A stretch of 41,483 nucleotides of DNA. Source: a virus (lineage: Duplodnaviria > Caudoviricetes). Shown piece after piece: positions 25,969 through 36,599 of the stretch (positions are counted from its first letter, which is position 1; each line of letters opens with the position of its first letter). Where the stretch lies: the IMG/VR virus record IMGVR_UViG_3300042972_000032, positions 1-41,483 of that record. One strand, written 5' to 3'. Made by a program: the position numbers and the translations under genes. The notes beneath the pieces are model-generated. The model worked only from the letters and a program-made list of their open reading frames with translations, was not told where the DNA came from and did no database searches.

Positions 25969-28944
25969 ATGGCAATGGCTGTGAACGAGAACATCGTCAT
26001 CCGCCTCATGGCGGACACCAGCAACTACACGACCCGCATGCAGGCCGCGTCCGCGCAGGCCGAGCATCTGAGCGCGGCGCTCGAAAAGCCCATGAGCACC
26101 AGCGAAAGGTTCAGCGCCGGAGCCATGAAGGCGGGCCTCGCGGTCGGCGCGCTGTCCGCAGCCATCGGCGTCGCCGCCGTAAAAAGCTTTATCGACTTCG
26201 ACTCGAAGATGAGCGAAGTGCAGGCCAACACCGGCGAGACCGGCAACAGCCTGAACGAGCTGCGCGAAGCCGCTTTGAACGCTAGCCGCATCAGCGTGTA
26301 CAGCGCCGAGGACGCCGCCGACGCGATCAACGAGCTGGGCAAGGCCGGCGTCAGCACCAAGGACATCCTCTCAGGCGGACTCTCCGCCGCATTGAACCTC
26401 GCCGCCACTGACGAAATGAGCGTGGGCGACGCCACCCAGTACATGGCCTCCACCATGGCCCAGTTCGAACTTAAGGGCAAGGACGCGGGGCATATCGCGG
26501 ACGTGCTCGCCGCAGGCGCAGGCAAGGCGCTCGGCAGCGTCAAGGACATGGGAGACGCGCTTGCCAACTCGGGCACCACCGCGCACAGCTTCGGCATCGG
26601 CTTGGACGAGACGGTGGGCACGCTGGCCGCGTTCGCGCAGGCCGGAACCATCGGAGCCGAGGGCGGCACCCAATTGTCCTCCATGCTGCTCGCCCTGTCG
26701 CGCGGCACCAAGGCCCAGAAGGAGGAGCTTGACCGGCTTGGCATCAGCGTGTACGACGCGGGCGGCAAGTTCGTCGGCATGGCCGGACTCGCGGGCCAGT
26801 TGCATGACAAGGAGAAGAACCTCACCGACGAGGAGCGCAACCATGCGAATGCGGTAATATTCGGCTCCTACGCCATCAAGGCCGCGAACGTCCTCTATCA
26901 GGAGGGCGGAAAGGGCATCGCGAACTGGACCAAGGAGGTCGGACAGAGCGGGTATGCGGCCGAGATCGCGGCCAAGAAGACCGATAACTTCAAAGGCGAC
27001 CTGACGAAGTTCGCGCACACCGCGCAGGATGTGCTGATAGGACTCGGCAGTGCGGCGAACGGCCCCCTGCGCGAGGTCACGCAGAACGCCACCAACCTGC
27101 TCAACCTGTTCCGCAGCATGCCCGCATCCGCCCAGCAGTGGACTGTCGGCGCGGGCCTCATCATCGGCTCGGTCGCAGGATTGCACAAGATGTTCGGCGG
27201 CCTGGCCGAATCGTCCAGCGCCACGAGCCGCACTATGGGCCTCATGCTCGACCCTGTGCAGCGCTTCCAAGCAGCACTGCCCCAGCTATCCGCAGGATTG
27301 GGCGACCTGACTGCGGCAGCACGCGGCCCAGAAGAGGGATTGGGCCTCATGGCTAACGGCATGACGCGCAGCGCCACCGCCACGCAGGGACTGAAAAGCG
27401 TGGGCGGCGGGCTATTGAGCATGCTCGGAGGTCCGTGGGGAGCGGCATTCACCGGAGCGGCCGTCGTGCTGGGAATCTTCGCTCAGAAGAATGCGGACGC
27501 GAAGGCCAGAACCGATGCGATGACGAGCGCCATGCAGGACGGGCAGACCGCCGCGCAAGTGCTCGCGCAGAACCTGCAATCGGGCAACAACACCGACTGG
27601 GGATGGTTCCAGAAGGCCCGCACCGGCGCGAGCAGTCTGTCAGACGCGCTCAAGATCGCGGGCGTCTCGCAGAAGGACTTCATCGCCGCCGCGAACGGCA
27701 ACGGCGCTGCCCTCGGGCGCGTCAACTCGGCCCTCGACTCCACAGCTGGGTCCATGAGCGGCATGAGCGCGGTGAGCGACGAAGTGCGCTCCAAGCTCGG
27801 ACAGCAGACCAAGGCCGTCAACGACAGCCGAGAGTCCGCCAAGCAGGCAGCCGAAGCCGATAAGCAGGCCACCGCCGAGAAGGTCAAAGGCACGCTCGCC
27901 ACCGCAGGCCTCACCACGGCCACCGGGCAGAAGGCCGACGCGGACGACAAGGCCGCGAACTCGAGCCAGATTCTCGGGGAGGCTTTCGGAGCCACCAACA
28001 AGGGCATCAGCGATCAGGCAAGCTCACTCGGCGAGGCCATCGACGCCTTGAAGACCTACTACGGGTTCGCGCTGTCCGAGTCAGACGCCGAAATCAAGAT
28101 GCATGACAGCTTCGACAAGGCGTCGCAGGCGGTAGCCCAGAACGGCGCGACCCTCGACCTCAACACGGAGAAGGGGCGCGGCAACCAGAGCGCACTGAAC
28201 GACGTGGCGAAATCGGCCTTGGATGCCGCTGAGGCGCAGGCGCGCAACGGCAAGACCATCGACCAGATCATGCCCACCATCGACGACGCGCGAAACCGGT
28301 TTATAGACTTCGCGCAGAAGATGGGCATGAGCGCAGGTCAGGCCAACGCCTTGGCCGATCAGTCCGGCTTGACGCGGGGCGCTGTGGACCGGCTCTCGCA
28401 GGCCGTGAACAACGTGCCCAACGGCAAGGACGTGAAAATCACCGCGAACACGGACGACGCAACCAACAAGATACAGATGGTGCGCAACGACCTCGTAACG
28501 CTCGGAGACAAGACCATTCGCGTCACCATGAACTACGTCAGCACAGGCGAGCACATAGCATCGGGGGGAGGCGGCGGCACATCGACGAAATACGCCACGG
28601 GCGGCCTCATAAGCGGTCCGGGAACCGGGACGTCCGACTCGATAGCGGCCCTCGTCTCCAACGGCGAATACGTGATGAAGGCGAGCACGGTGGAAGCCCT
28701 AGGCGTCGGGTTCCTCGACATGCTCAACTACCAGCGGTACGCGGACGGCGGGCTGGTGGGACGCTACGAGAGGACGCCGGTTCCGGCTGGCTACACGCGG
28801 CAAGCGCCGACCGCACCGGCCTACGAGCAGACGGTGCAGATCAACCACTACACGACCGGCAGCTCCAAGGCTGACGATGACATCATGGTCTCCAAGATGC
28901 GCTCCCAGACGCGCATGCTCATAGGACAGGGGGCGCGGCGATGA
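25969..28944 (+). CDS. Tape measure protein (TP901-like core)
   Basis: 991 aa Ala/Gly-rich; FDSKMSEV, AINELGKAG, GGPWG, C-terminal ATGGLISGPGTGTSDSI. Confidence 0.95.
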   Translation: MAMAVNENIVIRLMADTSNYTTRMQAASAQAEHLSAALEKPMSTSERFSAGAMKAGLAVGALSAAIGVAAVKSFIDFDSKMSEVQANTGETGNSLNELREAALNASRISVYSAEDAADAINELGKAGVSTKDILSGGLSAALNLAATDEMSVGDATQYMASTMAQFELKGKDAGHIADVLAAGAGKALGSVKDMGDALANSGTTAHSFGIGLDETVGTLAAFAQAGTIGAEGGTQLSSMLLALSRGTKAQKEELDRLGISVYDAGGKFVGMAGLAGQLHDKEKNLTDEERNHANAVIFGSYAIKAANVLYQEGGKGIANWTKEVGQSGYAAEIAAKKTDNFKGDLTKFAHTAQDVLIGLGSAANGPLREVTQNATNLLNLFRSMPASAQQWTVGAGLIIGSVAGLHKMFGGLAESSSATSRTMGLMLDPVQRFQAALPQLSAGLGDLTAAARGPEEGLGLMANGMTRSATATQGLKSVGGGLLSMLGGPWGAAFTGAAVVLGIFAQKNADAKARTDAMTSAMQDGQTAAQVLAQNLQSGNNTDWGWFQKARTGASSLSDALKIAGVSQKDFIAAANGNGAALGRVNSALDSTAGSMSGMSAVSDEVRSKLGQQTKAVNDSRESAKQAAEADKQATAEKVKGTLATAGLTTATGQKADADDKAANSSQILGEAFGATNKGISDQASSLGEAIDALKTYYGFALSESDAEIKMHDSFDKASQAVAQNGATLDLNTEKGRGNQSALNDVAKSALDAAEAQARNGKTIDQIMPTIDDARNRFIDFAQKMGMSAGQANALADQSGLTRGAVDRLSQAVNNVPNGKDVKITANTDDATNKIQMVRNDLVTLGDKTIRVTMNYVSTGEHIASGGGGGTSTKYATGGLISGPGTGTSDSIAALVSNGEYVMKASTVEALGVGFLDMLNYQRYADGGLVGRYERTPVPAGYTRQAPTAPAYEQTVQINHYTTGSSKADDDIMVSKMRSQTRMLIGQGARR

Positions 28945-29813
28945 CGATGGTGCGCTACTACACGCTGACCGGCAGCACGCCGCTTCTCACCCTGTACGCG
29001 GATGCGGGGAGACATGAGACCATCCTCCGGCTCTTGGACGGGTGGGCGTCTACCACGCAGGGCGTCGCGCAGAGCGTGGAGCGCGAATCGGGCAACGGCG
29101 GGCATGACATCGCGGAAGGCGACCTCGACTACGGGGTGCGGACCGTGACCGCTGACTACCGGCTCATGGCCGACAGCCGCTCCCGCCTGCTCGCATTGAG
29201 ACGCCAGACGCGCTCGCTGGCCGGACGGCTCTTGCGCGTGCGCGTGACCGACGACATGGACGACCTGTACGCGGTCGGACGATTGCAGGAAGTCACCGCC
29301 GACACGGGTGCCGCGAACGAGCGGACGCAGACCGGCAGCATCATCGTCATATGCGACCGGCCGGAAATACTCTCATGGACGGCGCATTCCGCACAGCTCA
29401 CCGCAGCGCGAATACAGCCCGGAGGGCTCGCATACGGGCCTTCCGGAGCTGGACTGGCCTACCCGGTCAACTACGGGGCGACCGGCGACGGCAACGACAT
29501 CGGCATGCTCTCCAACGGCGGCTCCTACGAGTCGTACCCGCTGCTGGCCGTCACCGGCCCATTCCCGGACGGTCTGCTCATATCGCATGACGCGGGGGCG
29601 CTCGAATACGCAGCGCCCATACCATCCAGCTCGACGCTCATACTCGACTGCGACCCGCGCTCCCAGTCCGCCACGATGGGCGGCGTGGATGTGGGCCGCA
29701 ACCTGACGCGGCGCGATCTGCCCACCATCCCGGCCGGAGGCTCCATAATGCTGCGCCTGCTCTCCGCAGGCTCGGGATGGGTCACCTGCACAAGCCGCGA
29801 CACCTACCTATAG
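28941..29813 (+). CDS. Distal tail protein (Dit-like)
   Basis: Follows tape measure; GLAYPVNYG...N.G...YP pattern. Confidence 0.75.
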   Translation: MTMVRYYTLTGSTPLLTLYADAGRHETILRLLDGWASTTQGVAQSVERESGNGGHDIAEGDLDYGVRTVTADYRLMADSRSRLLALRRQTRSLAGRLLRVRVTDDMDDLYAVGRLQEVTADTGAANERTQTGSIIVICDRPEILSWTAHSAQLTAARIQPGGLAYGPSGAGLAYPVNYGATGDGNDIGMLSNGGSYESYPLLAVTGPFPDGLLISHDAGALEYAAPIPSSSTLILDCDPRSQSATMGGVDVGRNLTRRDLPTIPAGGSIMLRLLSAGSGWVTCTSRDTYL

Positions 29814-29825
29814 AGAGAGGCAATA

Positions 29826-30755
29826 ATGACCACAGCACTCGGGGCGGACGTCAACGCAAGCGGTGTCGGCATGGACGCGCTCACCCACCGCAGAATCATA
29901 CAGGGCGAGTGGGCGAACACCGGAATCGTCGGAGGGCTGGATGTCGTCGGCCAATCCTCGCTTTTCTACAATGTTTTGGCCGGTAACGCCGTATGCTCGA
30001 ACGGCTCGGCTGACGGGTACACGCGGGCGTATTGGCCGGGCGGCAACACGGAGCATCCGGTCACGGCTGGCGACAATACCTACCCGCGCATCGACACTGT
30101 GTACATTCGCGCCGGAACCACGAAATCGGATAACAGCGTGCATGTGGACGTCGCGCAGGGCACGCCGAGCGCAAGCCCGACCGCGCCCGCGCTCCCGGTC
30201 GGGGCGCAGGAATTATTGAAGATGACGATGCCGGCGGGCGCGACGAACACCGCATCCGCCATACCGGGCAAGGACCTCACCTTCGCGATACGCTCCGGCG
30301 CTACGGCCGGACTGCTCGCGCATGTCGAAGAGAACTACGAGGGGCCGTCGAACTTCAACGACAAGGGCAAGGATTACTTCAGCCTTGACGCCGACTTCTA
30401 CCTGCCCACTGACCGCCTTCTGGAGTTCCGCTTCAGCGGCATCGCCTGCGCCTGCATGCATACCGATATCAAAAAACCCACGCAGGATGCGACGCAGATG
30501 GCCTGCTGGTATGCGGGCATCCAGCTCGACAACGTTGACATTCCCGGAGGCGGGCAGCAGTTCCAAGTGTCGCGCGCGTGGGAGCCGTGCCGAATCAACG
30601 TGCGCGCCATCGCTCCGAAAGGACGACGAACCGTGCGACTGAGAAATTTCCGCGTCCAGTGGGGCGAGAACCTGTACTTCATCTGCCATTCCGACGCGCA
30701 GGAAACCTACCCCGGGCGCACGCTTGAAGTGTGGGATTGCGGAGCTGCGAAGTGA
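29826..30755 (+). CDS. Minor tail/baseplate protein
   Basis: PRIDTVY...VAQGTPSASPTAPALP motif common in actinophage minor tail proteins. Confidence 0.75.
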   Translation: MTTALGADVNASGVGMDALTHRRIIQGEWANTGIVGGLDVVGQSSLFYNVLAGNAVCSNGSADGYTRAYWPGGNTEHPVTAGDNTYPRIDTVYIRAGTTKSDNSVHVDVAQGTPSASPTAPALPVGAQELLKMTMPAGATNTASAIPGKDLTFAIRSGATAGLLAHVEENYEGPSNFNDKGKDYFSLDADFYLPTDRLLEFRFSGIACACMHTDIKKPTQDATQMACWYAGIQLDNVDIPGGGQQFQVSRAWEPCRINVRAIAPKGRRTVRLRNFRVQWGENLYFICHSDAQETYPGRTLEVWDCGAAK

Positions 30756-32212
30756 CATGGCGGCACTGGCTGACCGACGCGCGCACCGGCCTCATCATCC
30801 GCCCTATCGACATCCCGAGTTTCCAGTGGGAGTGGACGATATCGGATTCCTCGTTCACCACGACGCCGCAGGAAAAGGGCAGCAAGAACCTAGGCGGCGA
30901 CGACACGAGCAGCGTCACGGTCCCGTTCAGCCAGTTCGACCACAGGGACGCTGACGGCAACCTCACCATCCGCGCCTCGCAAAGCGAGATAGCGAGCCTG
31001 CTGTCAATGGGACGGCGAGGACTGCTCACCACATGGGCATATCCGGCCTGCGCCGACCCCAAGGGCGACCCGCTGTTCTGGGGCGTGATAGGCAACCCTC
31101 AGGATCACTGGCTCGACACGACCTTCCCCCTTAGCTCGATACCGGATATTCTCGCCGAGCGCTTCGCGATACGCGACGGACAGTACCATGACGGGCGCAG
31201 CACGGACACCGTGACCTATTCGGGCCTCTCGCAGCGCGGACTGGCATCCGAGCTTGGCAGCATGGCGACCGAACAGAAGAACGGCGGCATGCTGCCCATC
31301 GACTGGACATACAGGGGCGAGAAGGCCGCGCCCGGCTACCTCTGGTACGAGCACACCGCATGGGCTGACAGCGACGACGGAACAAAGAACTTCACCGTCT
31401 CCTACGCCGCTGGCCGCAAGTACATGGGCACCTGCACCGACCATTCGACAGCCGACCCGAGCACGCCCTCCGCATACGAATGGAAGTCGTATGATGCGAA
31501 GACCGTGGGGCGCGCGAACGACGGTCCGACCGGCAGGCCCGCGAACACCGCATTGCAGGCGTGGAACGTGCAGAACCTCATGGTCAGGCGCATGCACGAG
31601 GACATCGCCAACGCTGGCGGCGGGCCCGACATGACATGGGCACCGTACTGGGCTGACTCGCAGCACGTGCGAATGAGATTCCTCGCCGCATCGGACGGCG
31701 ACCAATATCTTGAGACCAACCATCCGCCCATCGTCCTCACGGCCGGCCCACGCGGCGGAAGTCTCGAAAAGCTCGTCGTGGACTACGCTCCGGCCATCCA
31801 GCGCTGGTATGCGACCGGGGCCGGAGCGGACGCGGCTACAGTCACCGCGCTCGCCGAGGACATGAGCCAGATCACCGGCTCGCATGACCCGCCGATACTG
31901 CGCGAGGCCGTGTTCAGCGATTCGGACGTCACCGACTGGCGCGAACTGAAACGGCGGGCGCAAGGGCTGCTCGCCGCGAACCGGCTTCCGCTCATGCAGT
32001 TCACCGGCACCATTCACGCCGATGACATGCGCTCGGACGGACTGCCCGCGCACCCGTTCGGATCATTCCGCCCCGGCGAAATGTTCTACATAGACATACA
32101 AGGACACCGGCGACTGCCGGACGGCAGGTACACGACCCGCCTCATGCGCATGAACGGAGATCAGAGCGGCGAGGCGACCTGCGTATTCGACGCCATCCCC
32201 TGCCCTGTATGA
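30752..32212 (+). CDS. Baseplate hub/Tal-like minor tail protein with an inserted module
   Basis: GTG start overlapping the previous stop; GGGPD..W, YATGAG, PFGSFRPGE, LPDGRY..RLMRM.GD. Confidence 0.75.
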   Translation: MTWRHWLTDARTGLIIRPIDIPSFQWEWTISDSSFTTTPQEKGSKNLGGDDTSSVTVPFSQFDHRDADGNLTIRASQSEIASLLSMGRRGLLTTWAYPACADPKGDPLFWGVIGNPQDHWLDTTFPLSSIPDILAERFAIRDGQYHDGRSTDTVTYSGLSQRGLASELGSMATEQKNGGMLPIDWTYRGEKAAPGYLWYEHTAWADSDDGTKNFTVSYAAGRKYMGTCTDHSTADPSTPSAYEWKSYDAKTVGRANDGPTGRPANTALQAWNVQNLMVRRMHEDIANAGGGPDMTWAPYWADSQHVRMRFLAASDGDQYLETNHPPIVLTAGPRGGSLEKLVVDYAPAIQRWYATGAGADAATVTALAEDMSQITGSHDPPILREAVFSDSDVTDWRELKRRAQGLLAANRLPLMQFTGTIHADDMRSDGLPAHPFGSFRPGEMFYIDIQGHRRLPDGRYTTRLMRMNGDQSGEATCVFDAIPCPV

Positions 32213-32231
32213 CATAGCAAAGAAGAATAAT

Positions 32232-35200
32232 ATGGCTTCACATCCAGACATCACCCGCAAGGACGGCGTATCCTCTGCGATAGAGACGGCCGGAGCGGCG
32301 TACGACGTGGCGTCTCGTGCTCTCACCCGCAGCATCGGCAATTTATTCATCCCGGATGGGATCGGCTCAGATTCGGGCACACTGATAGGCGACAGCGTGC
32401 CCGGCGGCGGCATCGCGCAGTGGGTTGGCGATGACACGGTGCCGGGCAAGCCTACGGGGTTGAGCGTGGAGTGCCATCTGGGCGTGCTCGCAGTGTCGTG
32501 GGCTGGCATGCTGGATGGTGGCGTGCCCCCTGATTTCAGCCATGTCGACATCCTGTCGCGGCATGAGCTGGATGGGGGAGGGACGTCGACCGATCTGCTC
32601 GGCTCGCTCGCGAAGGCCGGCTCGGTGTCGTCGATGGCGTTGCCGGAGGGGTCGAGCGCGAGCGTGTGGGCGTACGCGTATGACGACGCGCATGACGCGG
32701 ACGGGAACCCGAGCCCGCATGAGAGCCCGCAGTCCGATATCATCACGGTCACGGTGGTGGATGAGAGCGTCGCTTTGCTCGCCCGGGAGCAGCAGGATAT
32801 CGCGGCTGTGCAGGGACAGGTCGCGACGATCGACGGCAAGGCGGCTGCGGCGTTCTCGGCGGCGGACGCGGCCAGCGCGAAGGCCGACCTGGTGCGCAGC
32901 GATGCGGCGGCGGACACGCAGTCGGTGCGCGATGCCGCCGCGAAGGCCCAGTCGGATGCCACGGCGTTCGGCGCGGTCGCCGACAAGGCCGCCGCCGATA
33001 TCAACACGGCCAACACGCGGATCACGACGGTCAGCAGCAAGGTCGATGGTCTGAGCACGACCATCAGCAACACGACCGATACGGCGAACAGCGCGCTCAC
33101 GCTAAGCACGCAGAACGAGCAGGATCTAACAGGCGTCTCGACGACCGCGAGCAGCGCGTATTCGGACGCGCAGCAGTCATTGACGCGGGTCGCTGCAGTG
33201 GAGCAGACCGCCGACAGCCTCACTTCGAGCATTAACGGCGTGTCCACGACCGCGAGTTCCGCGTTGTCGAAGGCGACGGCGGCGCAGCAGAATCTGGACG
33301 GGTTCAAGACCTCGGTCGCGTCCACGTATATCGACAAGCAGACCGCCGCGAACACGTACGCGACCCAGTCCGCTTTGTCGCAGACCTCCACGAGCCTCAC
33401 TTCGAGCATCAATGCGACGACGAGTACGGCGAATAGCGCGTTGTCGAAGGCCACCACGCTGGGCCAGACGGTGGACGGGCTCACGTCCACCGTGAGCGCG
33501 CAGGCCGCCACGCTGGGCGGCGCCGTCTCGAACATCAGCTCGTTGCAGCAGACCGCGTCGAGCCTGTCCAGCTCGATCGGCCAGACCACGAACATGGCCG
33601 CGCAGGCATTGGCGAACGCGACGGAACTCGTCATCGACGGCGGGTTCGCCAACGGCCTGGACTCGTGGACGCCGGGCGTAGGCAATCCGCGAATCTACAC
33701 TGCGGACGCCACATATCCGCATGCCGTGAGAATCGCCTTCGTCACCGGCAACGACAACAGCAACCGGTACCTGTCGCAGAGCCTGACGCCTCGCATGGGG
33801 CGCGCGGGGACGGACCGCGTGCTGCGCGTCCAATTCGACCTGCAGGTCATCAGCTGGAACACCAACAACGCGGGCGGCATGCAGATCGGGTTCACGTTCC
33901 AGACCACGCAGGCAGGCGGGTGGAAGGAATTCACTAACAATTATCTGACCGGTTTGGATGGTGCGTGGCGGCACTGCTCGGCTGATTTCACGCTGCCCGC
34001 CAGCGCCGACCGATTGGGAATGGCTATGATGAGCCGGTCGGCGAACGCTAACGTGTCCGCATCGTTCCTCGTCGCGAATGTGAGCGTCAGGGACATCAGC
34101 GAGGCCGCAGCCGCCCAGAGCACGGCCGGCACGGCGCTATCGACGGCGGTGACCGCGCAGCAGAATCTGGACGGGTTCAAGGCCACGGTGCAGCAGACGT
34201 ACGACACGACGGCGGATGCGACCAGCCGCGAAAGCGTGCTCACCCAGAATCTCAACGGCTTCAAGACCACCGTCTCGCAGACCTACTTGGACAAGACGAC
34301 GGCGGGGAACACGTATCCGACGAAAAGCGACGTGAGCAGCCAGGTCAGCCAGACGGCGTCGGATATCACGAGCCAGGTGGCGGCGAAATACCAGACCTTG
34401 AGCGCGATGGGCGGCTATCCGACCACGTCCAGCATGACGTCGGCCATCAGCCAGTCGAAGAGCGATATCCTCTCGCAGGTGTCGGGAACGTATCAGACGG
34501 TGAGCGCGATGAGCGGCTATCCGACATTGAGCGCCATGAATAGCGCTATCCAGCAGTCCGCGACCGGCGTCAAATCCGACGTGAGCAACATGTACGTCAC
34601 CACTGCGGCGGCCGACGGCAAGTACGCGACACAAGCGGCGCTGCAAACGACGGACGGCAAGGCGGTCGCGTCGAATGCGGCGGCCCAACTGGCGCTGGCG
34701 AACGCGCGCGAGCTGGTGCCGGACGGGAGCTTCGCCAACGGACTCGCGAACTGGACCGCCGTCAAGAGCGCGAACATCAACACGTTCCTGACCACGCTCA
34801 ACAGCGTCCCGTATCTGGCGCTCGACCCCGCGCCGGCCGCCGGTCAATGGGCGCTGTTGTGCAGCACGCCGATTCCCGATACCGGCGTGTCCTCGACGCC
34901 GCGCACGCTGCGCCTGAGCTTCGACGCATACAGCCCGTGGGGAGGCGCGGACACCGTGTTCTACGCGTCATTCCGCAGCGGCATCAACATGATGATTCCG
35001 ATGAGCGCGTTCGGCGCGAAGAACACTGTGCAGCATTTCAGCCAGGACATGACGCTGCCCGCGAACACGAGACTGGACGCCGCCCTGAGGTTCGGCATCT
35101 ACACGCCGGGCGACGCGGGAATCGCCATCGGCGCGGTGAGCCTGAGGGACGTGACCGAGATAACCGCGCTGGGCGATTCGATCGCGGCCACGTACGTGTC

Positions 35201-36233
35201 CAATTCGAGCTTCCAGCAGAAGAGCGACAGCCTGCTGGGCACGGTGAACGGCAAGTACGCGAACAATCAGAGCGTCACCCAGCGGTTCGGCGCGCTGGAG
35301 CTGAACGACTCCAGCTTCAGCGTGACGCTCGGCTCGAAGGTCGACAAGAGCACCGCCGACAGCACGTATCTGAGCCAGTCCGCCGCCAGCGGCACGTACC
35401 TCAAGCAGACGGACGCCAGCGGCAAGTACGCGACCCAAGCCGCCTTGGCGACCACGAGCACGACCGCCAGCACGGCGTCGTCGAACGCGTCGAACGCGCA
35501 GAACCGGGTCGGCGCCCTCGAGACGTGCATGATGATGACCGCGAACGGCGTGCAGGTCGGCAAGATCAGCAACGGCCAGTTCACCGGCTACAGCGCGCTC
35601 GTCAACGCCAACGGCTCGTTCGACATACTCGACGCGTCCAGCAGTCTCACCGCCCGCGTCGACAGCAACGGCCTAAGCATCTACGACGCGGGCTCGAACA
35701 GCATGCGCCCCATCAACAGGTCGGTTTTCAATCATGACCCGATCTTCATGGCCGCGACCGGCTCGTGGAACGGGGGCGTGAACAGCGGCAACAATCACGG
35801 GTTCACGGTCAACGATTTCGATTCGGCATGCGTGCGCATCATGTTCTCCACGAATTGGAGCACGTCGGTTCGCGTGGACATCGGCGCGTACCTCGCGGCC
35901 TACGTGGGCACCACGGGCGTGACCAACGGCACCACGAGCCTGGTCATCGGCTACGGGTTCCAGGTATGGCGCCGAAACGCGGACGGGTCGAACACGCTCA
36001 TACAGGACGTGACGCCCCCCAAGTGCGTGAAATGCACGAACGCGGTCTGGGAGGACACCACCCAAAGCACGGTCGGCGGCTCCATGAGCCTGTCCGTGCC
36101 CGTGACCGGCCTGCAATCCTACACGACGTACTACATCGAGACCCGGCACGTGCTCATGAGCTCGGTCGCGCAGAACGGCAGCTGGAACCTGAACACGAGC
36201 GGCCACTGGGCATGCGTCACACCCCTCGCCTAA
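32232..36233 (+). CDS. Tail fibre / receptor-binding protein with coiled repeats and two CBM-like beta domains
   Basis: N-terminal Fn3-like (PGKPTGL..VSW.G), S/T/A/Q-rich repeats, two ELV.DG.FANGL..W...VS.RD domains, beta-rich C-terminus. Confidence 0.85.
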   Translation: MASHPDITRKDGVSSAIETAGAAYDVASRALTRSIGNLFIPDGIGSDSGTLIGDSVPGGGIAQWVGDDTVPGKPTGLSVECHLGVLAVSWAGMLDGGVPPDFSHVDILSRHELDGGGTSTDLLGSLAKAGSVSSMALPEGSSASVWAYAYDDAHDADGNPSPHESPQSDIITVTVVDESVALLAREQQDIAAVQGQVATIDGKAAAAFSAADAASAKADLVRSDAAADTQSVRDAAAKAQSDATAFGAVADKAAADINTANTRITTVSSKVDGLSTTISNTTDTANSALTLSTQNEQDLTGVSTTASSAYSDAQQSLTRVAAVEQTADSLTSSINGVSTTASSALSKATAAQQNLDGFKTSVASTYIDKQTAANTYATQSALSQTSTSLTSSINATTSTANSALSKATTLGQTVDGLTSTVSAQAATLGGAVSNISSLQQTASSLSSSIGQTTNMAAQALANATELVIDGGFANGLDSWTPGVGNPRIYTADATYPHAVRIAFVTGNDNSNRYLSQSLTPRMGRAGTDRVLRVQFDLQVISWNTNNAGGMQIGFTFQTTQAGGWKEFTNNYLTGLDGAWRHCSADFTLPASADRLGMAMMSRSANANVSASFLVANVSVRDISEAAAAQSTAGTALSTAVTAQQNLDGFKATVQQTYDTTADATSRESVLTQNLNGFKTTVSQTYLDKTTAGNTYPTKSDVSSQVSQTASDITSQVAAKYQTLSAMGGYPTTSSMTSAISQSKSDILSQVSGTYQTVSAMSGYPTLSAMNSAIQQSATGVKSDVSNMYVTTAAADGKYATQAALQTTDGKAVASNAAAQLALANARELVPDGSFANGLANWTAVKSANINTFLTTLNSVPYLALDPAPAAGQWALLCSTPIPDTGVSSTPRTLRLSFDAYSPWGGADTVFYASFRSGINMMIPMSAFGAKNTVQHFSQDMTLPANTRLDAALRFGIYTPGDAGIAIGAVSLRDVTEITALGDSIAATYVSNSSFQQKSDSLLGTVNGKYANNQSVTQRFGALELNDSSFSVTLGSKVDKSTADSTYLSQSAASGTYLKQTDASGKYATQAALATTSTTASTASSNASNAQNRVGALETCMMMTANGVQVGKISNGQFTGYSALVNANGSFDILDASSSLTARVDSNGLSIYDAGSNSMRPINRSVFNHDPIFMAATGSWNGGVNSGNNHGFTVNDFDSACVRIMFSTNWSTSVRVDIGAYLAAYVGTTGVTNGTTSLVIGYGFQVWRRNADGSNTLIQDVTPPKCVKCTNAVWEDTTQSTVGGSMSLSVPVTGLQSYTTYYIETRHVLMSSVAQNGSWNLNTSGHWACVTPLA
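33282..34181 (+). repeat. 27-bp exact direct repeat pair inside the tail fibre
   Basis: GCGCAGCAGAATCTGGACGGGTTCAAG at 33282-33308 and 34155-34181, 873 bp apart (in frame). Confidence 0.85.
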
Positions 36234-36281
36234 CACAAGATTTCCCCAATAAAACCCCCTAACAGAAATGAGGAACAGATA

Positions 36282-36599
36282 ATGAACACCATCGACCTGC
36301 GCCCCCAAGCCGGCAGCATCATCTACGAGCTCGCGCGCCTGGGCTTCCAATTCGACCACAGCGACGACGGGACGGCCCAGACATGGGTCAACTACGCGAT
36401 TCAGGCCCGCGCCGACTTCACCAGCCCCAGCGCCACGGAGATCATGCTGGGCGACATGGCCACCCGCCTGTCCGCCACCATCCAGGCGTCCGAACTGGCC
36501 GGCGTGGACCATATCAGCACATGGACGTCCGACAATCCCACCACGCCCGAAACGCCAGCCGAGACCCCGGCCGACGGGACCGGAGAGCCGACCGCGTGA
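36282..36599 (+). CDS. Hypothetical protein (possible fibre chaperone)
   Basis: SD GAGGA; between the fibre and lysis genes. Confidence 0.7.
   Translation: MNTIDLRPQAGSIIYELARLGFQFDHSDDGTAQTWVNYAIQARADFTSPSATEIMLGDMATRLSATIQASELAGVDHISTWTSDNPTTPETPAETPADGTGEPTA

Noticed and set aside
32232-36599. Diversity-generating retroelement or invertase shufflon acting on the tail fibre
   Set aside because: No reverse transcriptase, no adenine-variant template repeat, no second recombinase and no inverted variable cassettes seen
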